Both the position numbers and the translations under genes were made by a program. The notes under the pieces were generated by a model that worked only from the letters and a program-made list of their open reading frames with translations, searched no databases and had not been told where the DNA came from. A stretch of 64,000 bases of DNA from Elsinoe ampelina (taxonomy: Eukaryota), in the NCBI GenBank assembly GCA_010093995.1, contig ML992506.1:244832-308831 (forward strand). The letters run 5' to 3'. Shown here one piece after another: positions 37,007 through 50,589 of this stretch (positions are counted from its first letter, which is position 1; every line of letters begins with the position of its first letter).

Positions 37007-38077
37007 TCAAGATATTCCCTCGACTTCAGGTACGCTGGATAGGTACTTGTGTAGGGTCCGACGGTTGCGTTCTACCAGTCCCCAGGTAACGCCTTGGACC
37101 ACACAATCTGCAAGGTCGTCTTTCTTGCTGACGACCACATCCCCGTCTACCTTCCTCGCCCTGCCCGTCTGCATGAACGCATTCGCCAGTGACTGAAGTG
37201 GTGCAACAACATCGACTGATCCAGTCTGAAGCCAATTTTTGACCAGGGATATCTTCTCTGACTTCTCCATGCCGCGTTTGGCCCGGTCCTCAAGCTCAAC
37301 TGCTTGCTTCTTCGGATTCTTGGAGTCTTCCGGGATAAGCTGCTCCACACCTTCCTCCTCTAAACTCCAATCGCTTCCTCGGCCATTCCAGAATGCAGCA
37401 ATCCGAGCTGGACTCATCTCTATCACCTCCGGGAAGAAAGTCTGGGCCAACTTCATATTCGTTTGACGACGGAGCTCTCCCTGCTTCATTGTCTCTATTG
37501 AGGCCCATAGCATAGCTTCCAACGAGTTGACTCGCAGAGTCCACTCCTGAACAGCGGCTCCACCCATAGATCGGAAACGTTGCCTTTCGATCAGGATGTG
37601 GGATGGCTTGTGATCAGTCTTCAGCTGGTAGGCCATTCGGGCCGCATGTGGCGCGAGGTTGGATGGGCTGTATGCGCCGGGCATCGATACTGGCGGATCG
37701 TCATCACCGCCGGTTCGCTGCTCTTCGTCGGCTCCTTGAGTTCCAGTGGTCAAAATATCCGAGCGCTCCCAGTGGTGCAGGGTGAAATGGGCGCTACTTT
37801 TCCTCGTCAAGCCATCTATATTTGGCCGCACGACGCAGACAGCGAGGTTCTTCACGCCCATATCTACGCTTTTATAGACACTATGCGACCCTATATTGCT
37901 CAACGCACAGACAAGGTCATTGGCCGTATCGCTCTTCTTCCCGCTAGTCGTGATTCCGGTGTTGCGTGCCACATGCTTCAGTTGCCATGACCGTAGTGAT
38001 GTGAGGTGTTTGACAGCAGCTTTGCCGTATGGCGTCAACTGTCTCGCGGCATTGGTCCAGGACATCTGTTTCGCCAT
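37007..38077 (-). CDS. CCE1: Mitochondrial Holliday junction resolvase Cce1/Ydc2 family
   Basis: SAP-like N-terminus, SVDMGVKNLA, ILIERQRFRSMGG, EWTLRVNSLEAML, KKDDLADC. Confidence 0.9.
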   Translation of the reverse strand: MAKQMSWTNAARQLTPYGKAAVKHLTSLRSWQLKHVARNTGITTSGKKSDTANDLVCALSNIGSHSVYKSVDMGVKNLAVCVVRPNIDGLTRKSSAHFTLHHWERSDILTTGTQGADEEQRTGGDDDPPVSMPGAYSPSNLAPHAARMAYQLKTDHKPSHILIERQRFRSMGGAAVQEWTLRVNSLEAMLWASIETMKQGELRRQTNMKLAQTFFPEVIEMSPARIAAFWNGRGSDWSLEEEGVEQLIPEDSKNPKKQAVELEDRAKRGMEKSEKISLVKNWLQTGSVDVVAPLQSLANAFMQTGRARKVDGDVVVSKKDDLADCVVQGVTWGLVERNRRTLHKYLSSVPEVEGIS

Positions 38078-38555
38078 ACCGTGTGGAAGGATCTTGAAAT
38101 TGCAATTGACTGGCTGCTGTCTTGCATGGTGTACGCCCTGGCCCACGCGTCAAGAACCTCTATCGACGCGTCCGGGTAGTCAAACTTCTTGTCAAACCAT
38201 GTAGCAGTGGTTGATCCAGCTGATCGGTACGCCCAACTTGGATGTTTATAATCTTCACTGCATTAAAGGCCTTCCAGATTGCACGTCAAAGTCAGGCGGA
38301 TGCGAGAGCGTTCTGGTCGAAGCGGGGGGGAGGTTTATTTCAGCTGAGCTAATAATGTATATACACGGCAAGTGAATGCTACTTGGCTTGTCCATACCCG
38401 TTCGCAATGAGGCAAGTTTTCATGTCTGCACTCCATGAAGTCACTCTGGTTGTGTTCGGCAACCTTGTCCATGACCTCTTCTCAGTCATGCCCACACCCG
38501 ACTGATTTTGGTATCTTTCAACGCTTCCTATCACCTTGGTCATGGTATCGAGGCT

Positions 38556-38999
38556 TCATTCACCGTCTCTTCTCCTCCCCATAGCTGCCTTGAGCTTCAG
38601 CTCATCTTCTCTTGCACCAGACACATTCCCCGCGGTATCCGATCCTTCCGTCTTGACTTTATTTCCAAGCAACTGTTCCTTCGCCCCTTTCGCAAGCTGC
38701 TTCACAGTGCCTCCCTCTTCAAGCTTCTCGATTCTGCCATGTCTGCGCCGGCTCTCGTTCAGCAGATCTAGTCCCTGACCTCCGCTATCCACCTGACGAT
38801 GTCTTTGCGCGTTCTGCTTTGCTGCTCTTATACTCGTCCTCGCATATACGAACAGAATGCAAGCCATAGTGAAGGCAGCTGCCGGTGCCACTATCTGTCG
38901 CGAATTGAATCGACGATTGGTGGGAAATGGCTGCGTGCGCGGGTGCGACATCTCTGTCATCCCGGCCGGGCCTTTTGGCATGCTGAGGCGTGAGCCCAT
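38556..38999 (-). CDS. Small single-TM hypothetical protein
   Basis: 147-aa ORF with APAAAFTMACILFVYARTSIRAAK. Confidence 0.7.
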   Translation of the reverse strand: MGSRLSMPKGPAGMTEMSHPRTQPFPTNRRFNSRQIVAPAAAFTMACILFVYARTSIRAAKQNAQRHRQVDSGGQGLDLLNESRRRHGRIEKLEEGGTVKQLAKGAKEQLLGNKVKTEGSDTAGNVSGAREDELKLKAAMGRRRDGE

Positions 39000-39584
39000 G
39001 GTGGGTTGTTGGTGCTATCTCATGCGGAGACTCAATTTGTCATGTTCGTATGGGAAGGCTGGATGCGAGTCAGTCCATGAGAGGGCCTGGACTGGTCGAT
39101 AGAGAAGATTAGTATCGAGGTGTTCACGACATGCATAGCTCCCGAATCGGATTTGAAAGCTTCAATTTGACGTCATCCAAAGATGCATGACCGGCGGACT
39201 TTTGGCCGAGGTGTATACCTGCATGAGCTTACATGTGAATGGTCCAGGGAAGGTCCGTGGCCTCGATTGTAAGAGGCTGATTCAAGACCGAGGCATGAGT
39301 AGCTTGATGTTTGATAGAAGAAGGCTCTGGATTAGCAGTTTGTCAACATCGGCGGACCTTCCATAGGCTTTTCCCCCACCAAACTTCGTTTGATAGGTAA
39401 GCATTTTTGTGTCGAGCACGCAAACCGAATACAAACGTCACCAATCTTACCGGTCTCACGCGCTGCAGCCCAAGATCCTATAGATACTGTCCTTGTCCAA
39501 CTCCCATCCACTATCACCTGAAAGACTGTGAGATACCCCTGCACCTGGCCACATTTGTATTCCTTTGCTGACTGCCCCTCCTAG

Positions 39585-41146
<1,562 letters not shown>

Positions 41147-41247
41147 CCTCGATATCCATATGACACATAGACCTGCTTCAGTTCACATTATCCCCTTTGC
41201 ACCTGCCCTCTCATTCATGTACAATATTCCATTCCCTATCTACCTTC

Positions 41248-41729
41248 TCACAATGGCTTCCTGACCGCACACTTGAACGGAATAATCTGCACATTCTCAA
41301 TATCCCACACCCCCGACTTGGCATACACGTCCTGCTTCAACCTGTTCAGAATCTCCTCCTTCGTCTCCGCGATACCCAGCATGCATGACCCATAAATGTC
41401 GAGCTTCCCGTCGCTGGGCGGGGCGTTCAGCGTTGCCCCACCGAAGACCCAAAGGCCGGACTCGACTTGAGGCTTGAGTTCTTCGAGATGCTGTCTGGAC
41501 AAATGTCAGTGAGGTCATCGCAAGCGAAGAAGGGGAGGCCGTACGGGCGCACTTTCATCCGTGCTTCGAGGGAGTTGGGCTTATCCTTCATGAGGACCAG
41601 CCATTCGTTTTGGGCGGCCATGATGGTGGAGGTGAAGAAGGGTGTTCTTGCGATGGGCGTTCGAGTGAGGGTGGACTTGAAGGCGTGATGGGGTGCTTGG
41701 ATCTTCAATTGGCGGAGTAGAAGGGACAT
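41248..41729 (-). CDS. YCII-related domain protein with putative mitochondrial presequence, 2 exons
   Basis: EWLVLMKDKPNSLEARMKVRP|QHLE...FGGATL...GS...DVYAKSGVWD. Intron at about 41495-41544. Confidence 0.85.
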
Positions 41730-42198
41730 GAGGTGGGTGCGAGTGGGCAGGGTGAGCCTTTTGTGGTCCTCGCAGGCCTGCTTCGCCGTGGGCAGCCGAG
41801 ATCGGGCTTGGTGGAGGAGCGAAATGCGGAGAGGGCGTGGGGGAGGGGTTGGGTCGGTGGGGAATAGTCCGGCTGGGATTAGGGGCTGTAGATATCCTGA
41901 ATTTCCCGCAACTTCAGATGTGCTGGATTTCGTCTCAGATTCGCTCAATGAATGACAATGGCGATTGGCAAGCCATGGACGTGCTCGAAACAGAGTATGA
42001 CATAAACGAAGCTACTTCGCCTATGGACTCCCGATGCCAATCAGTCATGGCCACAAGAATTCGTTGTGACTGGTTACGCTTGTGCCAGCAACGATAGTGT
42101 CACCATGTCGACCTTCCTTGAGAACCATCCGCACTGCTTGCTCATCGGCCCTTCTTTCCTGTGACGTCCATGCGTCCGCATGTTATCGACTTCGATCA

Positions 42199-43517
42199 AT
42201 GGAGGCTGGAGACAGATTGACTGGCGGAACTTCCGAGCGACTGCTGAATGCCGAGTGCGTGGAATCGTACCGCGTCGGAGGGCTGCATCCCGTTGAAGTC
42301 GGTGACACCTTCAAGGCAGATCGATATGTCATCGTCCGGAAGCTAGGACACGGTGCAAACTCGACCGTATGGCTCGCGCAAGACTCCAAGTGCGTTCACT
42401 TGGAGCGGCAATGGCTTGACAGCTGACCAAGTATAAAGCGACTCTTCATACGTCGCAATAAAGATCATGCGGTGCGATTTCTCAAAAGGGTGGACAGAGT
42501 TAGCGATCAACCACCGCATTGCTGCTAGTAGCTCATCGGTAGATCATCTTGTTACACTTCTGGATCACTTTGAATACGTTGGTCCGAATGGCAAACATGA
42601 CTGTCTGGTTTTGGAGCCGATGGGCGCTGACGTCGCGACCTATTTTCAGCGCTCAATCCCTTGTTGGCAAGGCAGGTCGATCGGGAAACATCTATTGAAA
42701 GCACTACAATGTCTCCACGACTTGCAGATCGCTCATTGCGATACAAACCCTGGAAACCTGCTGCTAGCTCTTACGCATCCGATTCAAGACCTAAGGGGGA
42801 ATGGCAATTCTGTGTCACTGCAAAGCGATGGCAAACACTGCCATACTCCCAGGTACATCCATGAGGATCGGCCACTTACGGAGCTCTTGGATCACACAAG
42901 ATCTCTGATCCTGAAGCTGTCTGACTTTGGTGCTGGTATGTATCAATTGTAATAGCTCGTGACAGCGATTCTAAGCCTCGGCAGCCTTCTTCTTCGATGC
43001 CCCTCCTGACAAGCCGCTTATGCCACTGGCACTACGCGCACCCGAGGTTGTCCCTCAGTCTAGCTTCGACCACACAATCGATATCTGGAGTTTCGGCTGT
43101 CTACTTTTCGAAGTGTTTACTGGTCAACCTTTATTCAGTCTGTTAGACGTCAATTTCGAACGACTGGACAACGATGCGTTTGCTGAAACACAAGACGACG
43201 ACCACCTCCTTCAAATGACCAGTACTCTGGGACCGCTCCCTTCGGCGATGTTTGAGAAATGGCCTCGACGCATGAGGTATTTCGATGCAGACTTGAAACT
43301 TGTTCGGACGGACGTTGGAAAGTCGCAAGAACCGCAAGGTCCTGTATACGTCGGCAAGACGCTCGAGCAGAAGTTCCGGAAGAGTCGACCGCGATCGATG
43401 ACAGCGGAGGAGGCTGACGCCATTGTTGAAGTCCTGCGCTCGGCCTTACAGTACGATCCCGCACTCCGCCCGTCAGCCACCAAAATCTTGAGCCTTGGCT
43501 GGTTTTCATGCATATGA
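42199..43517 (+). CDS. SRPK-like (fungal expanded family) Ser/Thr protein kinase, 3 exons
   Basis: YRVGGLHPV, KLGHGANSTVWLA, VAIKI, GPNGKHDCLV, HCDTNPGN, DFG, LRAPEV, DIWSFGC. Introns at about 42390-42439 and 42936-42984. Confidence 0.85.
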
Positions 43518-44221
43518 CTTGCGCAGGCTGACGGCGTGCTAGGCAGGAGAGTGACTGCGCGATAGTGGATTGTCGGCCAACATGGAGGCCGGAAGGGACC
43601 ACCGTGAACATCTTGCAGTCTCATCTCGAGCGCGTGAGCATGTTTGGGAGACGGCGTCGGAGGGACTGTTGGTCCCGTCTGACTGGACGCTTTTTGTTCT
43701 CAATATTTTGGTTGATGACACGGTTTGAGGTATTGCTTGGTCGGGGCAGGCGGCCTCACGCAACTGGTCAGGCTTTGATTTCATGGAGGTGTATTGATGC
43801 TCTGCCAGAGCCGCTGACCTCAGCAAGGCGAAGGCCACAAGGACCGTGTAGAAATAACCAAATCGATCACTTCATATGTAATTCGTACCACTGTCTGATC
43901 CCCGACACCTCCGCAAGAGTGCAGCGATCTCGAAATTTAGCTTCCCACTTGATGTTTCAGCGACAAACTCCGTGACTATCCTACCTTTACACCCTGCTAG
44001 ACGCGCATATGATGATTTACATCATACTACCTCGTCGTCGCGAGTTTGGTGATGGGGTTCCGTCATCTCGGCTAAACTATGGGCTGGGCGCTTGGCGGGC
44101 CGCCGGAATCCCGACCTCACCTCCCGAGCAAAAAGTATCGCCACCCGCCACAACATGTCGATATCGACCTCTACGGCTTCACACAACACCCCAAAAGCAT
44201 GCCACCGCATGCTACGCAGTC

Positions 44222-44350
44222 TGGACACAGTGGGAATTGAACCCACGACCTTTCACACACGTTTCCGGCAGAGTTTAGCACCAGGGAGAACCTGGAGCGC
44301 CCCCTGTCAATGGATGCGAAGCGAAAATCATACCCCTAGACCATGTGCCC
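44222..44350 (-). tRNA. tRNA-Ala(CGC) with an intron of about 57 nt
   Basis: GGGCACATGGTCTAGGGGTATGATTTTCGCTTCGCA-[intron]-TGTGAAAGGTCGTGGGTTCAATTCCCACTGTGTCCA. Acceptor stem GGGCACA/TGTGTCC carries the G3:U70 Ala identity pair, and the GTTCAATTCC T-loop is intact. Confidence 0.93.
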
Positions 44351-45140
44351 TGTGTGAAAAACCATGCAAAGTTTGGAGGCAAACCGATGACAATTGAAGG
44401 CCTGCTGACCAAGTCAAAATATGATCCTTTGACACATTTTTGCTCGCGTGGAGGCAGCCGAAGCCTATCCGGGCTTAGTGTCTTGGCATATGACTCTCTT
44501 TAGCAGGCTTCTTTTGTTGACGGACCTCAGGACGTCGTTGCCGAGACCAAGTTGCTTCAACTTTGATGTGCTCAGGGGCTAAGGGGCTCAGGGGTAAGTC
44601 CAACTATCTTCCACTTCTATACGGTGTACCACCTTCCATGACATGCTGGATGACCACGAGCGTGGAATATAATATTATTGAGCAGAATGTTGCAGCCTCC
44701 TGACGGCAGCTATGAGTCTGCGAGGTTGGGCTCCCTAGCGTACATGACCAATCTGCGCCCACGACTGCTCTGCCGCCACTCGAGGCTCCTGGACATCATC
44801 CAGAATCAGCTCTCGTGACCCTCCTGAATGAGTCCATTGTGGTCGGAAGAGTGGCCATCAACCCCTTCATTCTGACATCGAGGTCCCAGGAGCAACTTCG
44901 ACTCGGGAGCTTTCATACCGCTGTTTCACATGCTCAACAAGCTATTCAAGGTCCTATCATCATGAAGGTCACTACTGTGTCAAACTGCGAGGACTATGCA
45001 CGGCCTTGAAGCCAGCATTTCGACGTTGACGGAGCTCAATCTGCAGCAGGATGGCTTTTGGCTATATCAAAGGGCAGTGCAGTGCACACCTACACTAACC
45101 ACACAACTAGCAGCCATCATCGACGAAGTCCCAAGCTGTA

Positions 45141-45310
45141 TGATGGATACGCCATTCGATTATACCTATTTCACTATCGAGGAATATATTGATGATGCTA
45201 CGTTCCGCCTGCTATCCGTACCCGCGCCAAGGTGGTACATCAAATACGATATCAAGGTCACCTTTAAGGCTCGTTCAGCTTAGGACGCTTTAGTGGCTGA
45301 AGCCCCACTT
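45141..45310 (+). pseudogene. 5' fragment of the GIY-YIG-like gene (inverted paralogous copy)
   Basis: MDTPFDYTYFTIEEYIDDATFRLLSVPAPRWYIKYDIKVTFKARSA*DALVAEAPL closely matches the N-terminus of the copy at 48561-48993 and has an in-frame stop. Confidence 0.8.
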
Positions 45311-45467
45311 TTGGATTACAGTCTATCTTCGAGATATCATTGCTGGAGAAGGACGGGATAGCAAATGCGCTTTCATGGAGCACCTCGTCTCAGGTTATTC
45401 AGCTGCATGTGCATTGCCACGCATCGAGTCACTCGTTGGACCATGCTGCTCTGCGACTGTGTCCAGT

Positions 45468-46132
45468 CTATGCAGTACCCTCTGCACCGCCCGTTGCACC
45501 ACCTGCGACATCGCCCTGATCACCACCTGCATTACCACTCGTAACCTCAGACTCATTGCCGACCTCGACATCGGCAGGTCCCTCGTTCCTGACAGCTTCT
45601 GGCCCCCGTGGCCTCATCGCCTCAGCCTCGACTGCTTTCGCGGCGAGTTTGGCGTCCAAGCTTTTGATGTCCTTCTTCAGCTGCTTGACGGCCACGACGA
45701 GGGCTTTCCTCTTGTTGACCAGGGCCTCCTCGTCGGCAACACCGTCGGAATCCTTATCAGAGCTGTCCTCGTACTCGTCGCTGGAATGCCCCCCGTTGGC
45801 CGAAGTGGTGTCCATCTTGCTGTCGAGGAATTTCTGCTTGGATTTGTTCTCCTCGGACAGGTCGGCAAGTTCGTCTCCGCCAGTGAGTAGCTTCTCCGTA
45901 GCCTTGGTCTTCACCTGCATCATGAATCAGTCAACGAGTCACTCGATGAGGAGAGATTATTCACAGTCCCCCGGTCGGAGCTACCAGCCGCCATGTTGCC
46001 TAGGGTATAGCCACCAGTCTTGCGATTCTTGTTGACTCTGGCCTTGTTTACTGGTCCGGTAGCGGTCTTATCAGCAACGGTCTTGAAGCCATGGAGGCCT
46101 GTCTTTTTGGCGTTGTCCTTTCTCTGGAGCAT
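45468..46132 (-). CDS. Hypothetical charged/coiled-coil protein, probably 2 exons
   Basis: ORFs 45920-46132 and 45468-45923 can be joined by a GTGAAT...CTGAT...CAG intron. No recognisable domain. Confidence 0.45.
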
Positions 46133-47275
46133 GTTGTCAGTCTCATCTCTGGCTTACTGGCCCGACTCGAGTTACCTTTGGAGGCATGATTGCCGCCTGA
46201 TGAGTGGCGAGAAGGTGCGAGAAGGTGCGAGAGTGTCGAGGCGTGCCTTGGGTTGGCAGTTGGTTATGGAGTATTGCCGGAGGAATAGGAGGGAAGGAGG
46301 TGTGGCTTGGAGGAGAAAAGGCGAGGAAGAGGCAGAAGCAACCTTATATCTCATGCTATTGTTGCTAAACTTCACTAGGCAGCCGTCAGTACAGCTTCAA
46401 CACATGACAGCACATGGGTGACTTGAAACCTCACCTGAAGCCTCACCTCCAAATTGCTGGCAGTGTGTCACATGTGACCAGAGATGACTTCACAATGTGT
46501 TCTGGTCCAGCATGAAGGGCCCGGATAAGACGAACTTGTAGTCTGAGTCGATGTTGTGGGGCGAGCGGTATGTGGAGTTCTTCTTATTGTTTGCGTCTGG
46601 GCTTCGTACACCAAGCTTATAGGCTTGCCAACAAGTATTGTATACTGAGAAGCTTGACTTACCTACCAGGATCCTCACCATGCTGGTAGGATGAGGTCAG
46701 AACCACAGGAGCTGCTGTTAGTATCCACTCCCTACGCTGGCTACCAGGCCGGTCGCATATCTGCATTTTGTATCATTTGCTAAGCAGGCTGATGATGTGA
46801 CCTTGCTCCAAGAGATTGAGTAGACAGCATGGAGTCACACAAGAAGCCAGGCAAGCGCTGTAACCTCATGCTGTAGTAGGGAGTCCCCTGCTGCAGATTG
46901 AGCCCCATCGATGTCGAGAGGCTGGCCTAAAGGCCGCTGACGGTTCAGGTAGTTCGACCCAGTAGTGATTGTTCTCCTCATGTTCTGCATCTGGCTTTCG
47001 TCAAGCATCAGGAAGCGTATGAACTTACCGGCAAGTCTTGTATATTGAGAGGCTTCACTTACCTACCATGCACGTCACCATACTGGTAGGATGAGATACA
47101 AGATAGGCCTGTTCGGGACCTTCTTGGCCAATCGCTGATCAGATGGCTTCGCTCCCTTGAGTTTCCTCAAAACCCACCCCTTCGACACCCGCGCCAAGTT
47201 CCAGAAGAGAAGATCGGCAACAGCACGATCACTGACCCTACGGCCAGCAAACAAGCGCGCCATGTCAAGACACTT

Positions 47276-47900
47276 ATGGGGACAGTCGTCTCCCGTCCTT
47301 CTGACCTCCTTCACCTCGGGGACCTCCAGGACGAGTCTGACGACAACGCCGAACCCAATGACCCGACCGACCCCGACTATATCGACAACGACCAGGAAGA
47401 CTACAACAGCGACATCGATGAAGAAGATGAGACCGACCCAGAAGCCGAGGGTGAGGCTTCCGTGGAAGAAGTCGAGGAGGAGGAGCTCATCAACACATAC
47501 GAGCACGAGTACGCAGAGGTCGACAGGGCTGTACCCAACGAGTGGTTGCTGCATTTGAGTCGCTCTCTCGATGAGATCGCCTCACCAAGCTTCAAATCGC
47601 TCATCCAACGCATTGAAGCCATTCACCGCGACACTCCTGGCGAGAGGGTTCTGGCTTTCTCCAAGGTCTTGAAGTTCCACGACCTAGGCGAAAAGGTGAT
47701 CGAGGACTACTTCAACAGCAATGGTGAGGTTGTTTGTGTCTTTCGTTTCGACAGCACAGTCAAGGTGCCCCAGCGTCAGGCCCGCATAGAGACTTTGCGA
47801 AGCACGAGGGGACATGCCTTATGCTCATCACAGCGGGTTGCGGCGGCGCCGGTCTCAATCTCACAGCAGCCAACCATGTAGTGCTGTGCGAGGCATGGCT
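47276..47900 (+). pseudogene. Frameshifted SNF2-family helicase C-terminal fragment
   Basis: Acidic linker, then PGERVLAFSKVLKFHDL...FRFDSTV...RQARIE and, in another frame, LMLITAGCGGAGLNLTAANHVVLCEAW (helicase motifs IV-V). Confidence 0.7.
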
Positions 47901-47923
47901 TCCCGCTGTCAGGGACGTCAATT

Positions 47924-48567
47924 CTGGTAGGAGTGACAATACAATTACTACCAGTACCTAGCACTCAAGCACGAATGACAGACTTTGGGAGTTGCTAGGC
48001 AAACCTGGTAGTATTTGCGATAGCATTCCTACCAGATGCTGAAGCAGTCCGACACTAGGCGTGGTCATCGACAGGATGTAGATCTCATCAGTGATCCAGA
48101 CGATGCAGGCGCAGAGAGCAACGGTGAAGACAGCTTCCAGTACCAGCATTCGAGCATGCAGACGGGGAGCGAGCTCAGGTGGAGGAAGATCGGTCCAGCA
48201 AAGCAGGCCGATGGAATCGATAACGTACCCTTCCTCGAGAGCTTTGCGGACGAGCTTGCCGAATGGACCAGCTCCTGTAATATAGACGCGGACACGAGCG
48301 TCCACTCTATCGACGGAATTCATTCCTGGGCCGATGCACGCAATGTACACGATGTCCGGGAAGCCTGGTTTCTTGAGCATAGCGCCGTGGGTACAATCGT
48401 TTTGAAGTTGTCAGTCACACCTCGAAACGTACTCAGTTTCTAGAGAACGTCGGTTCTGGTAGGATGTATAGCACAATTACTACCGGGCCCTAGCGTTTGA
48501 GCACGAACAACAGACTTCGAGATGTTCTACTCAAATCTGGTAGTATTTGCACTGATACTCCTACCAG
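47924..48567. repeat. Two direct copies (47924-48035, 48456-48567) of a 112-bp unit made of two spaced palindromes CTGGTAG-N17-CTACC(A/G)G
   Basis: Read directly from sequence. Each unit is a 31-bp palindrome, 50 bp, and a second 31-bp palindrome. Confidence 0.85.
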
Positions 48568-48993
48568 CTGCTCCAGCAGTTGCGGACGAGCTTGCCGAAG
48601 GGACTTGCTCCTGTGATGTAAACGCGGACGCGAACGTCGACTCTACCGACAGAATTCGTTCCGGAGCCGATGTAGACGATATCGGGGAAGCCTGACTTCT
48701 TGAGAACAGCGCCGTATGTGCCCCATTGCTTGTGTGTCTTTGATGGCTTGGGGAGAGATGCGAAGAAGGTGATGGGAGGAGGCTTGTCGGAGGAGAGGAC
48801 CTTGTCGAGACCTGGTGCGACTGACAGAGGAGCATCGGCCACTACAGCGTCCCAAGCTGGACGCTCCTTGAATGTGACTTTGATGTCAGGGTTGATGTAC
48901 CACTTGGGGCCGGGCACGGAAAGGAGACGGAAAGTAGCATCGTCGACGTATTCCTCGATGGTACAACGAGTGTGGTCAAAAGGCATATCCATC
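47958..48993 (-). pseudogene. Two tandem truncated copies of a GIY-YIG-like nuclease gene
   Basis: WGTYGAVLKKSGFPDIVYIGSGTNSVGRVDVRVRVY (48561-48993) and LKKPGFPDIVYIACIGPGMNSVDRVDARVRVY (47958-48380). Confidence 0.6.
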
Positions 48994-49518
48994 GTGATGG
49001 ATTGCGATGTTGTCAATGTTGGATGCTTGTTGTGTGATGCGGTGAGCTGTGCGATGTCGAGACAAGGCGACTGCCGGGCGAAGGCATCCGCGAAGGCCCC
49101 TACCGTCACCTCAGATACTTCGGACAAAGATCGAGAAGTGAGCTCTCGATTCGCAAAAGTTGGAAAGTCTTCTGCAACACTATCTCAGCTGAGTACGAAT
49201 TTATACACACCTATGGCTCCGTTGATACGGAATCTGTGGGCCTCAGATCAAGAGAGATGGATAGTTCTGGTAGTTATTGGCTACAATTGTAACTACCAGA
49301 TCTCTAAATCAACTTCTTATGTTGTAACAGTCATTGCGACAAGCTCCACGTTTCGGATTGCGGAAAAGGGATCCAAGATCTCGCGAGTGGAGAGGTAAAC
49401 TAAGTCGAATGGGTAATTCTGAGAGCTACATCGAAGCTTATACCTACCAGGCCATGTGTTTGTGTGTGCCACGCTTACAAGTGACTTCTGGCGGCGAGAT
49501 CCCTCCTTCTCCATGCCT

Positions 49519-50589
49519 CTAAGCACCCAGCGGCGGTGTATCGGCAAACAAGCTCGAAGCAAACGCCTCAGGATACCTCCCCCCCGCCACCTCAGCACTC
49601 TCACTAATCCTCCTAATCTCCCCCTTCTCCTCCTCCGTCAATTCCACCTTCAACGCCCCCAAATTCTCCCTCAACCTCTCCACGCTCGTCGTGCCAGGGA
49701 TAGGAATAATATCATCCCCCTGCGCCATCAACCACGCCAACGTCAACTGACTCGCCGTCACCCCCTTCTTCTCCGCGATCGCCGTGATGCTATCCACCAG
49801 CTTCAGGTTCTTGGCAAAATTCTCCCCTTGAAACCTCGGCGCCCAACGCCGGAAGTCGCCCTCCTCGAAGTCGTCTACGGACCGGTATTTCCCGCTCATG
49901 AACCCGCGTCCGATGGGGGAGTAGGCCACCACCGCGGTGCCGAGCTCGCGGCAGGCTTTGAGGAGTGCGATTTCGGGGCGTTCGATGTCGAGGGCCCACG
50001 GCGAGTACTCGATTTGCACGGCGTCGATGTGGTGGATCTTGCTGGCGCGGCGCAGGCTGTCGGCGGAACACTCTGAGAGGCCGATGTGCTTGATCTTGCC
50101 CTCCTTCTTGAGCTCCACGAGGGCTTCGACGGTTTTCTCGACTGGGGTCTTCCCGTCCAGGCGATGGGCGTAGTATAGATCAATTTGTTCTACGCCGAGA
50201 CGCTTCAGACTCTTCTCGCAGGCAGCGCGTGCGTACTCGGGGCTGCTGTCTACCGTCCGGCTTCCGTCTGGTAGGGTTTTGTTGGCGAACTTGGTTGCAA
50301 GGAAGATGTTCTTGCGTTTATCTGGATTGGCGGCGAACCACTTGCCTAGTAGATCTTCGTTGTCCATATACATATCCGCCGAGTCCCAGAAGAGTTCGCC
50401 CTCGGAGTAGAGCGTGTCGAGGAAGGCGAGGCGTTGTTCGTCTGGCTTCGGAGTGCCGTAGAAGGCGGAGAGGCCCATGAGACCGATGCCGAGGCGGGTG
50501 ACATTGGGGCCATTCTTGCCGAGAGGGACAGTGGGGAGGGAAGGCGAGGAGCCGGTGGCTTTGTTTAGGAGGTCTTTAATTGCTGCCAT
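49519..50589 (-). CDS. Aldo-keto reductase (YakC/AKR13-like)
   Basis: LGIGLMGLS, WDSADMY, FLATKF, IDLYYAHR, IGLSEC, QIEYSPW, YSPIGRG, PIPGTT. Confidence 0.95.
   Translation of the reverse strand: MAAIKDLLNKATGSSPSLPTVPLGKNGPNVTRLGIGLMGLSAFYGTPKPDEQRLAFLDTLYSEGELFWDSADMYMDNEDLLGKWFAANPDKRKNIFLATKFANKTLPDGSRTVDSSPEYARAACEKSLKRLGVEQIDLYYAHRLDGKTPVEKTVEALVELKKEGKIKHIGLSECSADSLRRASKIHHIDAVQIEYSPWALDIERPEIALLKACRELGTAVVAYSPIGRGFMSGKYRSVDDFEEGDFRRWAPRFQGENFAKNLKLVDSITAIAEKKGVTASQLTLAWLMAQGDDIIPIPGTTSVERLRENLGALKVELTEEEKGEIRRISESAEVAGGRYPEAFASSLFADTPPLGA

Noticed and set aside
46789..46830. CTGATGA as a hammerhead ribozyme core (Penelope-like element idea)
   Set aside because: No suitably placed GAAA or flanking stems, and no reverse transcriptase nearby.
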